Positions 51,441-64,000 of a DNA stretch of 64,000 bases are shown here, one piece after another; the stretch's first letter is position 1, and every line of letters starts with the position of its first letter. Made by a program: the position numbers and the translations under genes. The notes beneath the pieces were generated by a model. That model was not told where the DNA came from and did no database searches. It worked only from the letters and a program-made list of their open reading frames with translations. Source of the DNA: the human T2T-CHM13v2.0 reference genome, Homo sapiens; the NCBI RefSeq assembly GCF_009914755.1, contig NC_060944.1; one strand, 5' to 3'.

Positions 51441-51860
51441 CACATGTGGCTGGTTGCTGCTGTGCTCCCCAGCACAGATATAAGGCAATCTGGCTCTCAT
51501 CAGCCCTTTGGAGCTGGAAGAGACACAGCAAACAGTAGGCTGAGTGCATCCACAACCCACACCCACCTCCGCCGCCCTACCTATGAGCCTGAAAGGGCTT
51601 GGCCTCCTGCATATTCAGATTGAGGCCTCACCAGGCTGAATCTTCTGGGCTGGCAATTAAGGCCAAGGTGCCCTCAGAAAGCTGGGAACGGGCAGAACTG
51701 CAGATTTTCTGTAGTTCCAGATTTTCTTTTGCACTCCTTATTCTCATAACACTAAGGAGGGCACCTTGGCGGGTTCATTCCTGCAGCCCCAGTGCCTATA
51801 GGAGGATGGACACCTAAGAGGAGTGGTTCATGCTTGTTCCACGGTAGTGGAACAGGATGT

Positions 51861-52664
<804 letters not shown>

Positions 52665-53335
52665 TTAACTCATTAAGAAGCACTTTAGCAGGTCACAAGG
52701 GAGCTTGACATTTGTCACTCAAAGTTGGGGAGCACAGGTGACTGGGGCCCAACCCACTCCTGAGTCAAAGGTTCATAGTCTCTTTCTGTAGGAGTAGAAT
52801 CTGTGGTATGAATGTCTGCCTGGGACCCAGGAGGTCCCATCCATGAGGGAACCTGCTAGGGTGAGGGAATTCCAAGAAGAGGGTCTGTGCACACATCAGT
52901 AGGGATGCAACAGGCAACAGGAGGAGTCTCTCTGAAGAGCCCATGAGAAAGGCCACAAGATCAACCTCTGAGAAGCCTGGGATTGATAGGGAAGGCCACA
53001 AGAGAAATAATCAGGATTAAACATCTCCCTAGCTTGGAGAGGGCGCGGGCTTCTTACAAAAGCAACAGACAAGAGACGTCTCCCCGCTCCTTACCCTTTA
53101 CTCTACCTGTTTTTATCCTGGAAGTATTGAGAGTGGGTAAGTGGACAGAAAATTCCTGTTGAAGAGAAACATATCTGGATACATGAAGAGAGAAGCCCCA
53201 CGTCCCTACCCCAGCCTATCCCGTACTTAGCCCCAGCTGGTGGAGAGAAGTCTTACCTATGGAAGATCATTGAAAACATAGTAATGCGTTAGACTGAACA
53301 TTTAAACTTGTTGAATGGATTCAGCAGATCCTTAA

Positions 53336-53950
<615 letters not shown>

Positions 53951-54567
53951 CCTACTGGTGTATTATTAAAAAATAATAAAATAAAATTGTTGAATGGAAA
54001 CTGTGTTTTCCATTTTTAGTGATTGCAAGACTTTTTATTACCTAAGAATGATCAGAGAAATTCTAAGGCTTTTGCCTTATATTTTTCTAGGGGCAGGGGA
54101 GAGACGCTCCCACTTAGCAAGTCTAAGCAGACATATCAGGAGTCCTGCTTTCAACATACTCGTTGCAAAGGATTGGACTGTAGCTGGGAAGACAAGGTTC
54201 CACCACAGGAAGTCTGTGACCTCATAGTGGCTGAGAAATCCCTGGGGCCTGGAGCCCCTTCACCAGAAGAGATGGAATCATGGCTGGCTGGACAGCTTCT
54301 TCCAAGGAGTTGGTGCCCGGAGTCTAGGTGGGAAGTCAGCAACTGACCATGCAAGGCCTGCAGGAGCTCCAGACCCATCTCCACACCAAGAGTGACCACC
54401 GTGCTGCAGATTTTGTTGTATCTGTCCATTCTCCTCCTCGGCTTCTTACTGCTCCTCTGTTACTGCGTCTTTCAGTAGCCCATTTGGGTGATGAGCACTC
54501 TCTGGGGGTGCTATGGGGGCATCTTTGGAGCTTGGCAGCAGTGTGCTGTGATAGAAAACAGGTAGAT

Positions 54568-54865
54568 GGGCTGGGCGAGGTGGCTCACACCTGTAATCCC
54601 AGCACTGGGGGAGGCCAAGGCAGGCAGATCACTTGAGGTCAGGAGTTTGTGACCAGCCTGACAAACATGGTGAAATCCCATCTCTACTAAAATAGAAAAA
54701 TTAGCCGAGCGTAGTGGTGGGTGCCTGTAATCCCAGCTACTCGGGAAGCTGAGGCATGAGAATCGCTTGAACCCAGGAGGCAGAGGTTATGGCAAGCCGA
54801 GATTGTGTCACTTCACTCCAGCCTGGGCAATAGAGCGAGACTTTGTCTCAAAAAATAAAATAAAA
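54568..54865 (+). mobile_element. Alu
   Basis: Alu dimer with expanded AT-rich tail. Confidence 0.9.
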
Positions 54866-54941
54866 TGAATAATAAAAGTAAATTAAATTAAAAATGAAAA
54901 TAATAAAAGTAAATTAAATTTAAAAATAAAACAAAATATAA

Positions 54942-55328
<387 letters not shown>

Positions 55329-55629
55329 CTCTGTGCCCTATTCTTAACCTCAATTTACTCACCCCAAAAACAAAGCTGTGAGAGAAAGGAATTTCTACTA
55401 TTGTTGTTGTTATTGTTCTTATAACTACAATCCTGATCTTTTCCAAAGCCAAGATATTTCCCTCTCTTTTACCAGAAGTGTGTTCCCTTTAATTCCCCAG
55501 CAAGGAAATTTTACAGGGTTTGGAGAACAGGGTGGCCGTTGCTGGGCTCTGTGCTCACTGGGCTGCTCTTTCCCATGCTGGCCGTTGGCATCTGCCTCCC
55601 GCGCTGTCTCATGCTGTGCTCTCTTTCTG

Positions 55630-55767
55630 TGTCTGCATTTGAAAGTGATCATCAGCTAGCCTGTGTCTTCGTCATCGATAGTACAGGCCGGTGAACTGCG
55701 CAAAGCATTTTCTGCATTTGGAGGGTCCATCTCTATCCTTGGAAATGCTAGTGCTTTTCTCACATTC
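55630..55767 (+). pseudogene. decayed intergenic SNORA71/SNORA60-family copy
   Basis: TGCATTTGAAAGTGATC...GTCATCGATAGTACAGG...TTTGGAGGGTCCA...ACA at 55762-55764. H box lost. Confidence 0.8.
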
Positions 55768-56031
55768 GACTTCTCTTCTGTGAACACTCTCAAGCCTCTG
55801 GGGCATTGTGGGCTGTCATTTTGTTTGGCCTTTCTCAGCTTGACTTCTTGGCAAAAATTAGGCTGTGTATATCTGGGACTATTTGTTGCCCAGGACAAGA
55901 TTAACTACTCAAGGGATGGCTGAGGCTCACAGAGCATGAGCCCTGCACAGAAGAGGTAACATTTCACCAGCCAGGTGAACTGTACGGAAATTAACAATTG
56001 AGTGTATGAATACATACAACATTGAGTATAG

Positions 56032-56584
<553 letters not shown>

Positions 56585-56870
56585 TAAGGGTCAGGGGGAG
56601 AAAGAGGAAGACTCTGAAGCTGAAGAGGAGGAAGGGATGGGAAGTGGACACCTGTGCTGGTATGTGGATAAGTTAGGAACCGGAGGGGGCAGTATCCCCC
56701 CATCTCATTGCATGGCCTGTAATAGATGATCTTTAAATGTTGATGCAAAAGAAGAAAGGGAAATGCTCATTGTGGCAACAGGAGAGGGCTCACTTAATTC
56801 TGAAATGTAAGAAAAATTACTTGTGTCCCAGTCTGCTCTTGGCTCTGAGGGCTTAAAAAAAATGAAAAAA

Positions 56871-57940
<1,070 letters not shown>

Positions 57941-58454
57941 ATTGGCAGGCTTCAGTTGGAAAGTCTTGGCCTCAGTGCCCTTGAAGGGCAGGAGTAGTGC
58001 TTCTGCCTTGTGAATGCCTTCTGACCCCACCAATGGGGAGAGATGGACACGAGAGCTGGGCAGATGGAAATCAGTTGTATCTTTATCAATGGTGACAGCT
58101 GGATGTGACCACCTGCAGGCTCCCTGACACCTGCTCCTCCTTCCTTTACCTCTGTTGCAGCCCACCCTCCAACCCCTACCACATACACTGCCATGCTGGA
58201 TAGTGCCTGCCGGGTGAGCTTACTCAGGAAGGACTGGGGACTCAGCCAAGGATCCCATGAACAAGCAAAGCACAGACACCCTGAGGGGTGTGCAGCCTCA
58301 ACAAGTCCTAACCCACACTCAAGACAAATTAGATGAGGGACCTCAGAGATGGGTGACTCCTCCCAGAGCTCCAGAAAGGGTGGAAGTGCCTATCCTTGGC
58401 CCAGAAGGTAATTTTGAGAATTGAGAGCTTGAGTGTGAAAGGTTGTAAAAATCA

Positions 58455-58787
<333 letters not shown>

Positions 58788-59864
58788 CTACTGCTTGCAA
58801 ACCTTTTTTTCTAATGACCGTGCACAGGTTTCACTGTCACAGGTTTAATTAAAGTCTTCTGCTTGATCTCAAGTAGCGTGGAGAAAAAATTCCTCAAAAG
58901 TGTTGCCATTCAGAGATATTTTCAAGGGACTTTATTAGAAGGACCATCATTTAAGGATGAGATGGTATGACAGAGGGTGACTCTGCTACACCAGGGAAGA
59001 ACATGCTAGGGAAAACACCTTCTTTCTTTTAAGTCAAGTGTTTTCTGTGTCATCAGATTGCCCAATCATCCCTGGCATCTCTGCTTCTCAACCATAGGCT
59101 ATGATGTGTATGGTGCTCCCATGAGTTGTGCAGTACACGACCTGCACAACCGTATGTGGCAGTCCTGCCTACCCTCAATGGAAGCAGGATGGAGATGTTC
59201 CCCTGGGTAAACGTGGCATATGTCCCTCACTATAAGCAAAAAATCAGAGCAAGTGTGAAGTCAGAAGTCCACCCAGAGAGAGAGGCAGAGTTGCAGGACA
59301 GGGATGGAATTCCAGTTCTGGTGTTTGTTGTCTTGGAGGCCCAGCTTGACCTCTGCCCTTCCCTTCGCTTGATTATATAAGTTTTCCAATAATGTATTTT
59401 ATTTTTAAAGCGTAAGTTAGGTTTCTATCACCAACACATTCTATCTAAAAGCCCAAGTCTTTTCCTTAACTTGTCCTAAATGGCCAGTTATTAAGAAATT
59501 CCATTGAGGGTTTGGCTGTTGCATACAGCCTTGTGGGCATTTTGCTTATCCACGTTGACTTTCTCATCTGGGACACTGGCCTACGTAGTACGTGATTCCA
59601 GCAAACAGGGCAGTATGTTGAGCTCTTGAAATAAGTATGTTGTGACAGCCTTTGTTACAGCATTAAAAGAACAGTCTATTCTCAATGGCTGACCCTTTAT
59701 TTGTATGCTGACGTCAAAAACAAAACAAGACTGCAGACACACTCTTGCCAATGCTAGAAAGGATGCATGTTTGAAGTGGATTTTTTTCTATTTTTTTGCT
59801 TGGAGAGGAGGGTGTGTGGACACCAAGCTGGCCATGGTCCAAGCTGACCTATTTGCCAGCCGAC

Positions 59865-60056
59865 CCCTGTCTGGGCTGCCATAACAAAGTGCCATCATGA
59901 ACTGGGTGGCTTATAAACAACAGAAATTTATTTCTCACAGTTCTGGAGGCTAAAAGTCCAAGATCAAAGGCACCAGTAGATTTGGTAAACTAGGAAGCGG
60001 TGAGGGCCCACTTCCTGGTTTATAGACTGATGGCTGTCTTCTCACTGTGTCCTCAA
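59865..60056. mobile_element. MLT1 LTR fragment next to the SNHG11 promoter
   Basis: GGGCTGCCATAACAAAG...TTTCTCACAGTTCTGGAGGCTAAAAGTCCAAGATCAAAG. Confidence 0.75.
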
Positions 60057-60169
60057 ATGGAAGCTGATGTTTCACAAATATTTTCTGGGTAAATGGATGG
60101 GTGAGTGAACTCATGAAGGGATGCTCCATTAGATGAACGCTTGGATAAAGGGCGTTAGTGGAGGGACAG

Positions 60170-60900
60170 AATTGCAGCTCCGTCCTCCCAGGGGGCGCTG
60201 CAGGCACGTCTGCTTGGGCAGGGGCCCGGCGGAAGCGCCGCTCTAGGCTGCAGCCGCGCCCCCAGCCGTATTTCCGCGGGCGCTGAGCACTAGAGAGAGC
60301 GTCTTGTGGCTGCGGCCTGCCCCTCAGCCTCCTCCGCGCGGTTACCCCTGTACCCGCCGCCATCCGTCCTGGCGCTCCGGATGAGTCAATGAGGGGCAGG
60401 GCCCGAGGAGTGGTCTTCCCAAGAACCCCTGGTGGCCTCCCAAGGCCGGTGCTGTGTACCTCCTCCCCGACAAAAGGGGAAACTGAGGCCCCGAGGGGAG
60501 TGGGAAGAGCCGGCTGGACGTCAGGCCCAGCCGCTGGTGCAGTGGTCCGTCCCCTCTGCCGGGGTGGGCCCCTCGGGTTTCGCGTGTCCTCGGGAAAGAG
60601 ACTGGCGGGTGAGCCGCGCCCTCGGCCTTCGCTGGGCTAAGCCGACCCCATGCAGACGTCAAACCCCCCTAGGTCGGCACAGCCTCTCTGCGGGGAGGCT
60701 TAGTGCCCCCTTGAGAAACGGCTTGGCAACGCTGTGCCCGGGGCCTTGCACGCGGGCTGAGGGGGGCTAGAGACCTCGCGACTTTTACTCCCCCGACCCC
60801 GATCTCCGACTCCTGACTTTGGAAGCCCCCAAAGCTGCTTTTCGGTTGCCTACAAAGTGTCGGTCATTGTGCCACGTCCTTGGAACCGTGAACTCATTTT
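60170..60900 (+). promoter_or_regulatory. CpG island / SNHG11 promoter and first exon
   Basis: Dense CpG; CTCF-like CCCAGGGGGCGCT at ~60187; ETS-like CGGAAG at ~60230; AP-1 TGAGTCA at 60382. Confidence 0.85.
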
Positions 60901-61062
60901 CTCCTCAATAACCTTTAAAAAGTAGCTGTAAAACCTCCATTTTACAGACCAGTTGGCTGAGGTTTAAATGGAGGACGCTCCCAGGGCCCCAGAGGGGCGA
61001 ATTCCAGACTCCTTTGCCAGGACCTTGTACTAAGCCCCTTCCCTACGCTTTTCCCTGCCTAG

Positions 61063-61220
61063 GCCTCGTGGGCTGTGCGGCTATCCTGGAGACAGATGAC
61101 AGCTCTCCCTTGGATGGCTTTGCTGGTTCCGCACCAGCCAGCGCCCCCATTTTTCCTGCAGCACCCTGATCTGCACTCCCTGAGGGGCTCCCACTGTCCG
61201 CGGTGTGAGGATGTCCCTGG
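61063..61220 (+). other. SNHG11: SNHG11 exon 2
   Basis: TACTAAG branch point at 61028, pyrimidine tract, TAG acceptor, GG|GTAAGT donor. Confidence 0.75.
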
Positions 61221-61679
61221 GTAAGTGGTGCTGGTCATGAGCACTTTGGGGGACCCTTCAAATTCCCTTCTGGGGGACCCCAGCGGAGGGCATGGTCATG
61301 AATTCCGAGAACTGTATGGCAAAGCCGGGTGCAGAGGAGAGCCTGGCTAAGTTCTTTCATTCTCCTGAGCTTGACTTTCTGTAATGTAGGGAAACTGCGA
61401 AAGCTCTGTAAGTGGGGAGATCTTGCACGTTTTTCTTGCTTTTGAACCCATGATGTCTGGCTACTTGTAGATACTCAATATTTGTGGGATGAATGAACAA
61501 TTTAAGCCTTTTTTTTTTTTAACCAGAAATTGGTCTTCTGTGACTTTCTTGATGGGGGCAGATGAGATCTTTGTACTGCATTAAGTGGATAGCGCTCAGG
61601 TCCTTTGGGCTTGGCGCTTTGGCAATCTCCAGGCAGCTCACTTTGGCCTCTGTTCCTGGATCCCCTTTGCTCTTTTCTG

Positions 61680-61815
61680 CGCCTGCATTCGTAAGTGATC
61701 ACGGGCTGCCCGTGTCCTGGTCATTGGTAGTGCAGGCAGAGGAAATGCGGGAAAGGTTGCTGTGTTTGGAGGGTCCACATCTTCACCCTCCTGTCCCAGG
61801 AGCTTTCCTACACTC
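61680..61815 (+). ncRNA. SNORA71E: H/ACA snoRNA SNORA71E (ACA39)
   Basis: U71-family sequence in SNHG11 intron 2, H box AGAGGA at 61738-61743, ACA at 61810-61812. Confidence 0.88.
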
Positions 61816-62258
61816 CTCCTTCTCAAAGCTGCACACACCTGGGGCCTCCAGGGGATTGGGGGCTGCCGTGTGTGTTATATCATGATTAGAGCTTTCACTT
61901 CCTGCTCCCTGCTGTTGGGAACCAGGCTGTGTGTGTTGCTTAAATTCCCCTTGATGACCAGCAGAGTCACTGCCACTCAGCCATGGCACACTGCTGTAAA
62001 CCTGGTTTTGATCTCCTTTCAATCTTTTGCTGATTAACTACACATTGATCAGTGTTGGCCACCCTCACCCTGCCATAGACCATCCGCTGTCTTCCTCTGT
62101 AGAGTTAACTATTTTCTCTTTTATGAGGAAATAGTGTGTTTGCTTAGGAGTGTTTACTGTCTGGTAACTACTGTGCTAAGCCCTTTCCTGTTGCCTGCCA
62201 TCCCTGCTGCGAGCAGGGACAAGCTGGGTGCTCACTCATGGCATCTTATCTGTTGCAG

Positions 62259-62327
62259 ATAGTCCACTGTGTGCAGAGGCATGGGAGTTGTCATGTTGGG
62301 AACATGCTAGACCTCAGTATCCTTGAG
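62259..62327 (+). other. SNHG11: SNHG11 69-nt exon between SNORA71E and SNORA60
   Basis: CTTATCTGTTGCAG acceptor and GAG|GTAAGA donor. Confidence 0.7.
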
Positions 62328-62965
62328 GTAAGATCTCTGGTTCATTCTCTGGAATGTTGGTTCCTTGTATCTAGTACAGTTCTGTACATGTTCCCAGGGG
62401 CTTTGGGGTTGGTGTAGGGGAGCTGAGAGGTGAGATGAGAATGGCACTGTGGGTCCCCAGATCCGCTGTCCACCCAGCCAACCCAGATCACCTCTGGCCT
62501 TTCCTGTGCCTTCAGGGCTTGCTGCTGGGGGGAAACCTCCAGAGTCCCACTTTGGTAATAAGAGGTCTCTGCCCTTTCTCCCTGGGCAGCAGGATGTTGT
62601 AATGGAAAATGAGTGGACCTAGGCTTCAGAGACTCTGGTCCCCTGGCTTTGAATCCCCTTCTGCCACTATCCCAGTCAAGGACTGATTCAGAACCTAATT
62701 TTCTTCATTTGGAAAATAATGTTCTGATAGAGGTGACTTTTGTGGTACTTGAGACCATATGATTCCTATCATTACCAACCAATATTTTCCGATTGTTTTT
62801 GCCCCATGTGACTTCTCTGTGATTCCTCCTGGCAAGGAAGTTTTACAGGAAAGCAGGGCCACTTTTGGGATCCTGTGCTGGGCTGGATCATTTTCCTGGA
62901 CTGGACCTAGTCCACAAGCTGCTGGCATCTGTTTCTCCTCATGGATCTCTCTCTGCCCTTGTATA

Positions 62966-63103
62966 CACCTGCATTCAAAAATGATCACGGGCTGCCTGTG
63001 CTCTGGTCATCAATAACGCAGGGAGAGGAATTGCTGAAAGCCGTTTCCCGTGTTTGGAGGGTTCACACCTGTCCCTTTCAAATGCTGGCGCTTTCACACA
63101 CTC
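62966..63103 (+). ncRNA. SNORA60: H/ACA snoRNA ACA60 (U71-family paralogue)
   Basis: U71-like fold, H box AGAGGA at 63024-63029, ACA at 63098-63100, in the next SNHG11 intron. Confidence 0.87.
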
Positions 63104-63370
63104 CTTCTCTCCTGCCAGCACCTTCTGGTCTCAGGAGCATTGCAGGATGTTGTGTGAGTGAGTGATGGGAGACACTTTAGTATGGCTTTTTTCAGCTTAG
63201 CCTCCTGTTATCAGAGAGCAGTCTCTTTCAGTGTCAAGGTTTGAGTACTAGATGGTGGAGAAAGCCTGTGTGAATTATTTTTAATGAATAAGTGTGATGA
63301 TGGGTGGCATACAGTCACTGCCTTAAGATTTTCAAAGAGAAGCAGCCTTTTGGAGGTGGTGGGCCTGGGC

Positions 63371-63514
63371 AGGTCTTTCAAGGAGTGGGATGTGATGGGC
63401 AGTAGAAAGGTATTCCAGGGAGGGGTAGCAACATGAGAAGGTCTTTCAAGGATTGGGATGTGATGGGCAGTAGAAAGGTATTCCAGGGAGGGGTAGCAGC
63501 ATGAGAAGGTCTTT
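63371..63514. repeat. 68-bp tandem duplication
   Basis: 63371-63438 and 63439-63506 differ at 2 positions. Confidence 0.92.
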
Positions 63515-64000
63515 GAGTCTGGGATGAGCAAGAGTGTCTAGTCCCACCAGGGAGACAGATGTGTAGGCAAGTAATGACAGCATGGAGGGATGGCTGCTGG
63601 GGTGATCCTTGGCTCCCAGCACGGCGAGGTGGACATCTATGGGAGGGGCCCTGAGAGGTCTCTTGAGCTGTCTTTCTGCCAGTTGCACATCTGCTCAGTT
63701 GCCTGTTAAGACTCTTAAGACAGTTTTGCTGGACTCTTAAGTTTTTATTTTGATATTCTTTGGGAGCATTGAGATTCCTTTTTGAGATGAGTTTGGTATG
63801 AAAGAAACTGGCAACTCATACCTGATTGATTAACTGGGGGCATTCCCATTGACATCAGCTTGAAGAAAGACGACAGAACACTGGAGACCAAGTACTTACA
63901 GCCTTCTGCTCTGTGGCCCCTCCTCACTCCAGGGATGCTGCCTTGGGTCTGGAAACTGTTAGAGGAAACCCCAAGAGGTGCAGGCACTGAGCCTCTCAGG

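Larger units (their letters stand above)
60250..64000 (+). ncRNA. SNHG11: snoRNA host lncRNA SNHG11 (3' end beyond window)
   Basis: CpG island; donor GTGAGC at 60609; exons 61063-61220 and 62259-62327 with AG/GTAAG boundaries; two intronic H/ACA snoRNAs. TSS approximate. Confidence 0.88.

Overview
Hominoid (very likely human chr20q11.23) genomic DNA; no supportable protein-coding gene. Positions 1-34 kb are repeat-dense intergenic sequence (Alu, MaLR LTRs, old L1, DNA transposons, one SVA with a clean TSD). Positions 34-64 kb hold two divergent non-coding snoRNA host genes, each with a CpG-island promoter: SNHG17 (minus; SNORA71D, C, A, B) and SNHG11 (plus, runs off the window; SNORA71E/ACA39, SNORA60). 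Gene names come from recalled sequence and spacing, not a database search. By-eye comparison shows hidden structure. SNHG11 and SNHG17 are inverted paralogues built from one two-snoRNA cassette, present once in SNHG11, three times in tandem in SNHG17, and as a promoterless fossil at ~54.4-56.1 kb. That gives nine SNORA71-family copies, three of them decayed. The guide pockets differ between the two hosts, and the 5' hairpin pocket matches a second 18S rRNA segment without a canonically placed uridine. Repeat boundaries are approximate.
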